Origin: an uncultured Thermoplasmata archaeon
GTDB lineage: Archaea; Thermoplasmatota; Thermoplasmata; UBA10834
Assembly: GCA_964568665.1 (NCBI GenBank)
Contig: CAZMPY010000026.1
Coordinates: forward strand, 62,106-126,105
Length of the DNA stretch: 64,000 bases
Direction: 5' to 3'
Shown: piece after piece, positions 27,462-36,347 of the stretch
How positions within the stretch are numbered: position 1 is the first letter of the stretch
How the letters are laid out: the number at the start of each line of letters is the position of its first letter
Notes under the pieces: model-generated
What the model was told of the DNA's origin: nothing
Databases searched by the model: none
Seen by the model: only the letters and a program-made list of their open reading frames with translations
Program-made: the position numbers and the translations under genes

Positions 27462-28775
27462 ATGGACGCAGGCAGGTTCGGACGGTCGGCCTCCCTGGTG
27501 GACACGCCGACCCTCTTCGAGGATATCGTCTCCTCGGATGATGCCACTAGGATGTCTTCTAGATGCGTCTACTGCAAAGGCTCGAAGATGCTCTGCGGGA
27601 AGGACCGGTGCAGCGTGCTCACGAGGTTCTTCTCGGCATCGAGGGCCATGAAGCGCATAGACCGGCTGGACCTGGACGGGGCCAGCCCCCCGAGCGTGTT
27701 CGTCGGGAGGTATGGGTACCCTAAGGTGGCGGTCGGGCCCATGATCCCGCCGTACCATGGCGACACATCCCTCATGGACACGCCTGAGCGCTGGGTCGGC
27801 CTGTCGATCGACGAGATCGTGGACTTCAGGTCGAACCTTGTCAGGGGGATGCACTGGGTGGACATCCACGACGTCGACAACCAGAGCCACATCATATCCA
27901 GGACCAGGGAGCTGGCCCTTGCGACCAAGCCGCCGGAGGTCGCAGCCCTGTTCTCGAAGAAACCCCATGGCCGGCTGACGGTCAACGACGACATCCAGCC
28001 TTTCGGGCCATCCGCCCCGCTCGAGAGGTTCGATGTGGCGAACTTCAGGTTCGACGACCGCCTCGAGAAGGCATACTACGACACGGACCTGCTGGCGAAG
28101 GATGCGATCATAGCGCTTTACAGGGATGGCTCGATGCTGTCCCAGATACAGAGGGCGTTCAGCGTGGGCGCGTTCGGGGCGGGCAGGCGGCGCAGGTTCG
28201 TCCCGACGAGGTGGAGCATCACGGCGGTGGATTCCCAGCTCGGGCTGGACATGCTCGATACGACGAAGACCTTCCCGCTCATCAACGAGTACAGGGTTTA
28301 CGAGACCACCAGCCTGGACAACAGGTGGGCCATCCTCATGATGCCGACATCCTGGCGCTACGAGCTCATCGAGGCGTGGTATCCTAAGACCGCCTGGAAC
28401 CCGTACGGGGACAAGATCGCCATCATGGGAGACCACGAGTTCTTCGACGGGCGCAAGGAGTATGCCAGCATCGGCGGGTGCTACTACGCCGCCAGGCTGG
28501 CCGTGAACGAGCTACTGCAGCAGGAGCGTCGTCAGGCCGGCGTGTCCATCCTGAGGGAGTCGCATCCCGGATACATCCTGCCAGTGGGCGTTTGGAACGT
28601 CAGGGAGAACGTCCGCGCGGCGCTCAGGACCGCCCCGAGGAGGTTCCCGACCCTCGGCGAGGCCCTGACGCATGTCTCGACCATCATGGACATCCCTGTC
28701 TCGAGATGGATAAAGAACAGCGCGATCCTGAAGGACGCGCTCTACCAGCGGCGCATCGACGACTTGTGGGGGTGA
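27462..28775 (+). CDS. nreA: Nre family DNA repair protein
   Basis: N-terminal CVYCKG..LCG..C Zn motif, SPPSVFVGRYGYP, VPTRWSITAVD, GGCYYAAR, C-terminal PIP-like QRRIDDLW; start uncertain (27435/27462/27552). Confidence 0.9.
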   Translation: MDAGRFGRSASLVDTPTLFEDIVSSDDATRMSSRCVYCKGSKMLCGKDRCSVLTRFFSASRAMKRIDRLDLDGASPPSVFVGRYGYPKVAVGPMIPPYHGDTSLMDTPERWVGLSIDEIVDFRSNLVRGMHWVDIHDVDNQSHIISRTRELALATKPPEVAALFSKKPHGRLTVNDDIQPFGPSAPLERFDVANFRFDDRLEKAYYDTDLLAKDAIIALYRDGSMLSQIQRAFSVGAFGAGRRRRFVPTRWSITAVDSQLGLDMLDTTKTFPLINEYRVYETTSLDNRWAILMMPTSWRYELIEAWYPKTAWNPYGDKIAIMGDHEFFDGRKEYASIGGCYYAARLAVNELLQQERRQAGVSILRESHPGYILPVGVWNVRENVRAALRTAPRRFPTLGEALTHVSTIMDIPVSRWIKNSAILKDALYQRRIDDLWG

Positions 28776-28794
28776 GCGAGCGGACCGCCACATC

Positions 28795-29571
28795 GTGGAC
28801 TGCAGGACGGCGCTGTCCCCGTCTCGGCTCCCGGGCCTGGACTGGGCGCTGAACCCGTACAGGGGCTGCGAGCATCGATGCGCGTACTGCTACGCCCAGG
28901 ACGTGACCAGGTTCGCAACGGACCGTCCCTGGGGGGACACGGTCGAGGTCAGGGCGAACATCGTGACCAGGTTGAAGACCGAGCTGGTGCGGGGCGTCAG
29001 CGGCGTCTGCGGGATAGGTACAGTGACCGATCCGTACCAGCCAGTCGAGGAGGAATACGAGCTGACGAGGGGATGCGTCGCCATGCTCAGGAGGTTCGAT
29101 GCGCGGATCAGCATCCTGACGAAATCGGACCTCGTCCTGAGGGACCTGGACCTGCTCAGGTCCTGGCCATCCGCCGAGGTCGGGGTGACGGTGTCATGCA
29201 TCGATGAGAGGATATCGTCAGTGCTGGAGCCTGGGGCGCCGTCGCCGAGGAGGCGGTTCGAGACCATGGCGCGTCTCTCCTCCGAGGGTGTCGACTGTTA
29301 TCTCATGGCGGCCCCGGTCATACCCGGCGTGAGCGATTCCGAGGAGCTCCTGGTCGGCATGGTCTCTGAGGCCAAGGGCGCAGGGATCGAGAGGGTCATG
29401 TGGGACATGTACAATCCGAAGCCCATCGCCCACTCCAGGTTGATGGGCGCGCTGGAGCGGTCGGGCATCCGCCCCGGGTCCAGCGCATCGCCGGGGCGTG
29501 CATCGGATGTCCGGAGGGTGCTCGCGAGGGAGTGCACGGCCTCCGGGATACAGCTGACCGATGCGTTCTAG
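28795..29571 (+). CDS. Radical SAM protein, spore photoproduct lyase-like (COG1533)
   Basis: LNPYRGCEHRCAYCYA, GTVTDPYQPVE, ILTKS..VLRDLD, EPGAPSP..RF; directly follows nre. Confidence 0.88.
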   Translation: MDCRTALSPSRLPGLDWALNPYRGCEHRCAYCYAQDVTRFATDRPWGDTVEVRANIVTRLKTELVRGVSGVCGIGTVTDPYQPVEEEYELTRGCVAMLRRFDARISILTKSDLVLRDLDLLRSWPSAEVGVTVSCIDERISSVLEPGAPSPRRRFETMARLSSEGVDCYLMAAPVIPGVSDSEELLVGMVSEAKGAGIERVMWDMYNPKPIAHSRLMGALERSGIRPGSSASPGRASDVRRVLARECTASGIQLTDAF

Positions 29572-29822
29572 ACTCTGTCGGCACGCTGGAAGTCTGTTTG
29601 GATGGGGCCGCGGCGGTCAGAGCCCTGCCAGCATCTCACGACCATCGTGTTGTACACGACGGAGCGCTTGGCTCGTGAGAGTGCATAAGTCCTGTGGCCC
29701 CTGTGTCGGGCAGTTGTCCTGTGCGGGCGTCGTGGCTGCAGTCTCAGCCCTGAACTGGCAGTAATCTGTCCCGGGCATGCCATGTGTGCCGACTTTTGCG
29801 GAATGTGTGCGGCAAAGGTTAT

Positions 29823-29835
29823 ATAGAAGCTCTAT
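29823..29835. promoter_or_regulatory. Palindrome overlapping the thermosome TATA region
   Basis: ATAGA-AGC-TCTAT overlapping the 3' end of GGTTATATAG. Confidence 0.4.
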
Positions 29836-29864
29836 CATATTCGAAACCTCGGAGGCAACATTGC

Positions 29865-31511
29865 ATGATGGGAACGCAACCCGTTATTGTATTTAAGGAA
29901 GGAACGGAGTCGACGAAGGGCAAGTCCGCTCAGAGCAACAACATAATGGCGGCCAAGGCCGTCGCCGACGCCGTCAGGAGCACCCTCGGTCCGAAGGGCA
30001 TGGACAAGATGCTCGTGGACAGCATGGGTGACATCGTCATAACCAACGACGGTGCGACGATCCTGAAGGAGCTTGACATCGAACACCCTGCGGCCAAGAT
30101 GATCGTGGAGATCTCGAAGACCCAGGACAACGAGTGCGGGGACGGCACTACATCGGCTGTCGTCATCGCAGGCGAACTCCTCAAGAAGTCCGAGGCGCTC
30201 ATCGAGCAGAACGTGCACCCGACCGTCATAGCGAACGGTTTCAGGCTGGCCGCCCAGGAGGCAATCAAGATCCTGAAGGACATCGGCTTCGAGGTGTCCC
30301 CGACAGACAAGAAGACACTCAAGCTCGTGGCCAGCACAGCCATGACCGGCAAGAGCGTCGGCGGCGAGAGAGACACCCTCTCAGACATAGCGGTTGAGGC
30401 AGTCCTCGCGATCGCTGAGAAGCTCGACGGGAAGTACCGTGCCGACGTTGACAACATCCAGGTCGAGAAGAAGAACGGTGGAGCGGTCTCCGACACGAAG
30501 CTCATCAAGGGTCTCGTGCTCGACAAGGAGCGCGTCCACCCGAGGATGCCTGCGACGATGAAGAACGCGAAGATCGCGCTCGTCGACTCGGCACTCGAGA
30601 TCAAGAAGACCGAGGTCGAGGCCAAGATCCAGATCAAGGACCCGATGCAGATGCAGAAGTTCCTCGACGAGGAGGAGAACACGCTCAAGGGCATGGTCGC
30701 CAAGGTCAAGGCGTCCGGCGCCAACGTGCTCATCTGTGAGAAGGGTATCGACGACCTCGCGCAGCACTACCTTGCAAAGGAGGGCATATACGCCGTCCGC
30801 AGGGTCAAGAGATCCGACATGGAGAAGCTCGCGAAGGCCACGGGCGGCAAGGTCGTCACGAACCTCGCCGACCTGGGCAGCGCTGAGCTCGGTGCGGCAG
30901 AGCAGGTGGAGGAGGTCAAGATCGCGGATTCCGACATGACCTTCATCACCGGATGCAAGAACCCGAAGGCAGTGTCCATCCTGATAAGGGGCGGCACGGA
31001 GCATGTCGTCGACGAGGTCGAGAGGGCCCTGCATGACGCGCTCAAGGTGGTCGCAGTCGCGGTCGAGGACGAAGTTGCGGTCGCAGGCGGCGGCGCACCC
31101 GAGATCGAGATGGCCATCAGGCTCAAGGATTTCGCGGCATCGATCGGCGGCAGGGAGCAGCTCGCGATCGAGGCCTTCGCTGAGGCGCTGGAGATCATCC
31201 CGTGGACCCTCGCCGAGAACGCTGGCATGGACATGATCGATGTGGTCATCGAGCTCAAGAGCGCCCACTCGAAGAAGGCCGGCAAGAACTTCGGCGTCAA
31301 CGTCCTGGCGAACAAGGTCTCTGACATGATGACCGCGAAGGTCATCGAGCCGATGAGGGTCAAGACCCAGGCGATCCAGTCCGCTACCGAGGTCGCGTCG
31401 ATGATCCTGAGGATCGACGACGTGATCGCCGCGAGGAAGCTCAGCCCTGGCGAGGGCGCACCTCCGGGCGGCATGGGTGGCATGGGCGGCATGCCCCCAG
31501 GCATGATGTAG
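29865..31511 (+). CDS. ths: Thermosome (group II chaperonin) subunit
   Basis: [39 protein letters not shown]-repeat tail. Confidence 0.97.
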   Translation: MMGTQPVIVFKEGTESTKGKSAQSNNIMAAKAVADAVRSTLGPKGMDKMLVDSMGDIVITNDGATILKELDIEHPAAKMIVEISKTQDNECGDGTTSAVVIAGELLKKSEALIEQNVHPTVIANGFRLAAQEAIKILKDIGFEVSPTDKKTLKLVASTAMTGKSVGGERDTLSDIAVEAVLAIAEKLDGKYRADVDNIQVEKKNGGAVSDTKLIKGLVLDKERVHPRMPATMKNAKIALVDSALEIKKTEVEAKIQIKDPMQMQKFLDEEENTLKGMVAKVKASGANVLICEKGIDDLAQHYLAKEGIYAVRRVKRSDMEKLAKATGGKVVTNLADLGSAELGAAEQVEEVKIADSDMTFITGCKNPKAVSILIRGGTEHVVDEVERALHDALKVVAVAVEDEVAVAGGGAPEIEMAIRLKDFAASIGGREQLAIEAFAEALEIIPWTLAENAGMDMIDVVIELKSAHSKKAGKNFGVNVLANKVSDMMTAKVIEPMRVKTQAIQSATEVASMILRIDDVIAARKLSPGEGAPPGGMGGMGGMPPGMM

Positions 31512-31526
31512 ACCGGTCAGCCATTC

Positions 31527-31542
31527 GGGGCCGCGAGGCCCC
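31527..31542 (+). terminator. GNRA-capped hairpin downstream of the thermosome gene
   Basis: GGGGCC-GCGA-GGCCCC starting 16 nt after the stop codon; no T-tract follows. Confidence 0.45.
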
Positions 31543-31619
31543 AAAACCCTTCAAACCCCACATCCTTATCCCAATGCCCACTTCTTATAGCGTAGGCTCG
31601 ATGGAGCATCCGTGGTCCG

Positions 31620-32993
31620 ATGAGTAAATCGTGCGTGTTCTCCCTCCTGGTCGTGGCGTCAATGACGTTCATCCCGTTCTCAGGGGCCTTTGCCTCCGCC
31701 GATGGCATGGCTCACTACTACGATCCGTACAGCGTGACGGGGCTGATAAGTCAGGACGCGCAGTTCGGCCTCATATCCTATAGCTCCGGCGAGGAGAAAC
31801 TGGCGATATCTATCAGAATCTCCGAATCGGACCTGATGCTGGGGACAAGCGCGGTCTGGATGTTCCCCGTTCCTGCCGCTCCAGAGAACGTCGACATATC
31901 GCTGATCTCGGAGATAACCACCCTTGGTGGATCTCCATTGGGCCTTGTCGCAGAGTCGGAGATGTCCGACTATCTCGCGGCTGTGCTGATGAGTCAGGTG
32001 TACACGGTCCCCTTGACGTGGGCGATCATGGACGACCGGCTGCTACTGCCTAGAGACAATCTCATGCTAGGTTGGGAAGAACCCGTCAGGGTCATCGAAG
32101 CCGTCGCGGCCCAAGGCATGGTCGCGGAGCTCGTCGGCACGAACGACAGCACAGCGCTCGGCGAGTACCTCGAATCGAAGGGCATGGTCCTCGGGCCATT
32201 GGAACAGGCGACAGTGGAGGAATACGTCGGACAGGATTACAGCTTCGTCGTGTCCTGGATCCCGAACACGACTGCCTTCATGGAGGCCGCTCCTGGTGTG
32301 GTCAACTACGATGGTGACAGGTATTACAACCTCGGCATAAGGATGGATTTCCCAACGGACCGGATCTTCTACCCGATGAGACTGACCAGCGCATATGGGG
32401 ACGAACATGTCCCCATGCTCGTGGAAGTCTTCGGTCTCGTCTCCGTGGATGACCCCAGAGGCTACGATGTCGATGTGCAGCACATGTGCCACGGCTGGAC
32501 ACACCTCCCGCCCGACATGCAACCGTTCGCCTCGTATGGCGACGACGCACGGCTCCCGGGGTACGAGTTCACGAGGATATGGGTCGATGTGGAATCGTCG
32601 TCCCTCGAGGAGGACCTCTGGATGGACGACGAGAGTCCCATGGGTGCGGATGCTCTTGTGTTCGCGACCCTGAACCCGCTGGTCGTCGTGCTGATATCGT
32701 TCGTCCTGGCCTCAATGCTGGCGAGCATCATAGTCGCGTTCCTGGTCTTCAGGCCCTACGGGCCCAGGCTGGAGCGCTTCGCTCTCCTGGCGGGGTTGAA
32801 CTTCCTCTCCATCATAGCCCTCTGGTTGGCGCTGCGCAACGAGAGGGTGAAGAAGTACCTGATCCCCACGGAGGAGCCAATCCCTGCGCCAGGGAAGATG
32901 CTGTACACGGACTACCTGATAGGGTTCTCCCTCGCCTTCATCGCCCTGTTGATCCTGATACCCGCGACCTTCCTGGTCGTCGCGACGACATGA
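31620..32993 (+). CDS. DUF2330-like exported/membrane protein with C-terminal TM helices
   Basis: Signal peptide; Q.GLISY..GEEKL, AVWMFPVPA, YLESKG, YPMRLTS pattern; three C-terminal TM helices. Confidence 0.65.
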   Translation: MSKSCVFSLLVVASMTFIPFSGAFASADGMAHYYDPYSVTGLISQDAQFGLISYSSGEEKLAISIRISESDLMLGTSAVWMFPVPAAPENVDISLISEITTLGGSPLGLVAESEMSDYLAAVLMSQVYTVPLTWAIMDDRLLLPRDNLMLGWEEPVRVIEAVAAQGMVAELVGTNDSTALGEYLESKGMVLGPLEQATVEEYVGQDYSFVVSWIPNTTAFMEAAPGVVNYDGDRYYNLGIRMDFPTDRIFYPMRLTSAYGDEHVPMLVEVFGLVSVDDPRGYDVDVQHMCHGWTHLPPDMQPFASYGDDARLPGYEFTRIWVDVESSSLEEDLWMDDESPMGADALVFATLNPLVVVLISFVLASMLASIIVAFLVFRPYGPRLERFALLAGLNFLSIIALWLALRNERVKKYLIPTEEPIPAPGKMLYTDYLIGFSLAFIALLILIPATFLVVATT

Positions 32994-33026
32994 CGCGGGG
33001 CCGGCCTCGCCGAACCTCGACTGGAC

Positions 33027-34418
33027 CTATCGTCTGCCAGCCTCCGCCAGCCTCTCGACGACAGCTGCGGTGAACGCTATCCCGTGCACGAGGCTCTTCA
33101 TCGGCATGTTCTCATCCGGGGCGTGGATGTTGGTACCCTCCACATCGGCCTGGCTCCCGGTCATGCATATGGGCGTGTGGGGCGTGAAGAACGCGACCGG
33201 CCCGGACGACCCCGTCATGGGGACGACATCGGCGTGGGCCGGCGAGACGAACTCCGAGGAGACCTCCTGCATTATCTTGATGAACGGGTCGTCCGTCGGC
33301 GTCTTCGCAGGGTCGTACCCTCCCCTGAAAGTGACCTGGACGTCGGTGAATCCCTTCTCGATGAGGTGCTGCCTGAGCAGCACATCCACCTTGTCCATGG
33401 TCTGCCCGGGCACGAGCCTGATGTCCAGCTTCGCGTGCGCCTGCGCCGGGACTATCGTCGCGTCCTCCGGTCCCTGGTATCCGCTCGTGAGTCCTGATAT
33501 GGACACGACCGGTCTCAGGTAGAGTGCGGTGAGCATGTCTAGGTTGGAGCCCTTCGCGGCGAAGCTCTCGAGACCGTAGTCTGCTTTGTAGAGCCCGCGG
33601 ATGTCTCTCCTGTACATTCTGAGCACATCGAGGTCCTCCTTCGTGGGCTCCCCGGCGAGCTCGTTGAACCCCTTGATCAACACGTTCCCCTTGTCGTCCT
33701 TGATGGAGTTGAGTGCCCAGACGAGGCGCCACGCGGCGTTCGGAACGATGCCGCCTTCCCCAGAGTGCACATCGGTCCTCGGGAAGAGCGGCGGACCGCC
33801 GACGTGCATCTCGAAGTATGCGTCCCCCTTCATTCCGCAGACGACCTCGGACGGGCTTCCGGGGATGGCGGAAGCGCCCTCCCAAATGCAGCCATCAGCC
33901 TTGATCAAGTGGGGGTAGGTCTTGGCGAACCAGGGCAGTGAGACCGGTCCGCTCTCCTCCTCTCCTTCGACGATGAATTTGACGTTGACGGGCAGCTTCC
34001 CTAGGACCTTCTCGGCAAGGTCTACGCCTATCATGCTTACGACCATCGGGCCCTTGTCGTCGATGGTCCCTCTCCCGTAAGCACGCCCGTCCCGCTCGGT
34101 CAGCACCCAGGGGGACGATTTCCAAAGGTCCATTTGCCCTTCTGGCTGCACGTCGTAGTGATGGTAGAACATGAGCGTCTTGGGGGCCCCGACGTTCTTC
34201 TCAGCGAACAGTACCGGGGCGTCCGAAATCGCGTACCTTGTGACCTTGTAACCGCGATCCTTGAACTGCCTTTCGACCGTGTCGGCGCATCTCTTCGTCT
34301 CCTCCTTCTCCCTTGCCGCCACGGACGGGTGCTTCACCTGTTCGGCGAGCACCTCGAACGCGCTCCTTTCCATCTTCCTGCTTCCCTCGATCAGGTCCTT
34401 GATGCTGGTCCTGGCCAA
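33027..34418 (-). CDS. M20/M25/M40 family metallopeptidase (dipeptidase/deacylase type)
   Basis: YHHYDVQP, GRGTIDDKG, EGEEESG, IHAPDE; start uncertain (TTG 34418, or a later ATG at MERSAF). Confidence 0.9.
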   Translation of the reverse strand: MARTSIKDLIEGSRKMERSAFEVLAEQVKHPSVAAREKEETKRCADTVERQFKDRGYKVTRYAISDAPVLFAEKNVGAPKTLMFYHHYDVQPEGQMDLWKSSPWVLTERDGRAYGRGTIDDKGPMVVSMIGVDLAEKVLGKLPVNVKFIVEGEEESGPVSLPWFAKTYPHLIKADGCIWEGASAIPGSPSEVVCGMKGDAYFEMHVGGPPLFPRTDVHSGEGGIVPNAAWRLVWALNSIKDDKGNVLIKGFNELAGEPTKEDLDVLRMYRRDIRGLYKADYGLESFAAKGSNLDMLTALYLRPVVSISGLTSGYQGPEDATIVPAQAHAKLDIRLVPGQTMDKVDVLLRQHLIEKGFTDVQVTFRGGYDPAKTPTDDPFIKIMQEVSSEFVSPAHADVVPMTGSSGPVAFFTPHTPICMTGSQADVEGTNIHAPDENMPMKSLVHGIAFTAAVVERLAEAGRR

Positions 34419-35501
34419 CGGTGTCCCCTCGCGGGTGCATCGTTCTCCTAAGATATAGTTGCGGCACACCTGAAAGAAGCACGCCCCCCTGCTACGCGGT
34501 TGTCCCTGTTTTTCGCACCGATCATTTGCGCTCTTTGTCATGCAGGCTAATCCACGCATTCCAATTCGCTTGCACTTTTCTTTCCGGTGCATAGCTCTGC
34601 TGTGGCCGGAGGTGGTCGCGAAATCACATGTCCCATGGCATCTGAATCACGTTGCGAATTACGCCTGATCGTCGTTCGATTTGAATGCGTGCTAGATGTG
34701 CGTGACAGCTGGTTCATCGAGCTCGAGAATTGCACTATTACTCCTTCGTTTCCAGCCGAGTTTAGGCGTGTACGATATTTATCAAGTGATGTGCGAGAGT
34801 ACTGCGACAGACACTATGTTGGTACTATACCTCACGATGGCCGTGCGATCTAGACGCTTGCTCGTACTGCTGGGTGGGGATTCGTTTTCGCCGATGTGTG
34901 GCCGTAATCTGGAAGTCATCCATATCCGTATGGCCAGATCTGCTTGGAATGTCTGCTGGATGGCCATGAAAGCATGTCTTGGAATCAGCATGGGTGGCCG
35001 TGGCTGATGGGTGCGGGTCTGATCTATTACGCGCGATGCATGGTACGTGTGAGCAAGGCGCGTAGAAATCGTGCGCCCGACGCCTGTGCCGCGATAGCAA
35101 TGAGCATGTGTGTCTGCCATCGTCGGACGAAAGTTTAGCTCATACAAGGAAAATAGGCGCAGATAACGGAACTAGCATGATGATTAATTGCAAAGTGTAT
35201 AATTGACATGATTTTCTTGCCCCCGTAGGGGCAAGTCTGAAAACCTCTTCACGGATCTCCTCTTTTTCCTGTCTAGCCTACCCGTTTTCGCCGCTTTTCT
35301 CTTGTCCATGACATTTCATGTCACGCTTTTACCGCCGTATTGGTGCTGGTGATGGGGGGTTCTGGGAGGTCGGAGTGTGAAACGTCAACAAATCGGGTAT
35401 TAGTTGCCGCTTTCTTGAGGGGTGTGAGGGGGGTGTAGGTGTCTGAGGGCAGTAAATTCTCAAAATGCGACATTTTTAAATAGGCGAAAATCGATTCTCT
35501 G

Positions 35502-35517
35502 TCGGACAATCGTCCGA
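35502..35517. promoter_or_regulatory. 6-4-6 palindrome at the expected transcription start of the recombinase gene
   Basis: TCGGAC-AATC-GTCCGA, about 25 nt downstream of the TTTTTAAA box. Confidence 0.55.
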
Positions 35518-35539
35518 AGTCTAGGGATGGGAAACTAGC

Positions 35540-36199
35540 ATGCGGAAGTATCTCAAGCAGGGCGAGCTCAAAGCTCTGTTAGAGGCGCCGAGGCGGATGC
35601 GAGACCGCCTCATCATCAAACTCCTTTACGAAACGGGGATGCGAGTCGGAGAGCTCGTTGCCTTGTCAATTGGTGACGTGGACCTCGAAGTCGGGGAGAT
35701 TTCCATACAGCAGGCGAAAAGGCACGAGGAGGGTCGCAAGGTCCCTATAGTCAATAGTTGGACCAAGGCGATGCTGCGGGACTATGTGGGGACTAGGAAG
35801 GTCCGGAAGGATCCGTTGTTCGTCTCAAACAAGCGCGGCCCGCTGTCGAGACGGCAGATCGAACGCCTTATCTCCAACTATGCCAGCATGGTCGGTATTG
35901 ACAAGGACAAGTGTCACCCACATGTGCTCAGGCACACCCATGCCGTGCATGCGCTCAAGTCGGGCATCGATCTGCGCACTCTGCAACAGAACCTTGGACA
36001 CTCCAGCATAGAGGTGACGGCGATCTACCTCACGATGGACATAGACGACAGAAAGGAGCAGTATTCGAAGCACCCGCTTCCTGGGATGGAGGGCGTGCCC
36101 GCCATCGAGGAGTCCGAAGCGAGGGACGCTCCGTTGGACGAGGCGTCCGTCGTCGCCTCGAGTCACACGAGCTCTTTCGTAATCTCAACTACGGTTTAG
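35540..36199 (+). CDS. Tyrosine recombinase, catalytic domain only (no N-terminal core-binding domain)
   Basis: ETGMRVGE (R), KRHEEGRKV (K), HPHVLRH (HxxR), LGHSS (H), TAIY (Y); 219 aa with the first Arg at residue 35; upstream frame closed. Confidence 0.9.
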   Translation: MRKYLKQGELKALLEAPRRMRDRLIIKLLYETGMRVGELVALSIGDVDLEVGEISIQQAKRHEEGRKVPIVNSWTKAMLRDYVGTRKVRKDPLFVSNKRGPLSRRQIERLISNYASMVGIDKDKCHPHVLRHTHAVHALKSGIDLRTLQQNLGHSSIEVTAIYLTMDIDDRKEQYSKHPLPGMEGVPAIEESEARDAPLDEASVVASSHTSSFVISTTV

Positions 36200-36264
36200 G
36201 TGCAGACTAAACAAGTGGTGATGAAACCTCTTCCGACTATACTTTTTAAGTACAGTCGTAAAAC

Positions 36265-36285
36265 GGCTTTCGTAAGCCACTTTTT
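36265..36285 (+). terminator. Hairpin plus T-tract after the recombinase gene
   Basis: GGCTT-TCGT-AAGCC then ACTTTTT. Confidence 0.5.
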
Positions 36286-36347
36286 GGGACAATCTTCGCT
36301 CGACGTTAGATTAACCTATAATAAGCCGCGAGCCTCTCTCCAAACGA

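Noticed and set aside
6329-31542. Identical GGGCCGCGAGGCCC hairpin in the sRNA and after the thermosome gene as a repeat family
   Set aside because: Only two 14-nt copies of a generic GC stem with a GNRA loop; convergence is the simpler explanation.
34895-35005. Possible degenerate CRISPR array
   Set aside because: Only 5-7-nt words (TGGCC, TGGAA) recur; there is no repeat of 20 nt or more, and no cas genes.
34547-35509. Short ORFs listed in the gap (e.g. 34782-35147, 34696-35007, 35321-35509)
   Set aside because: No recognisable motifs, atypical codon usage, mutually overlapping on both strands.
34460-35539. Replication origin (ORB) or dif site in the large intergenic gap
   Set aside because: No TCCA.TGGAAA-type ORB with a G-string, no cdc6/orc1 gene in the window, and no clean TAA-N6-TTA dif-like core; kept only as an unexplained region.
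36218-36260. Second box C/D sRNA starting at GTGATGA 36218
   Set aside because: No CTGA D'/D boxes and no C' box at the proper spacing.
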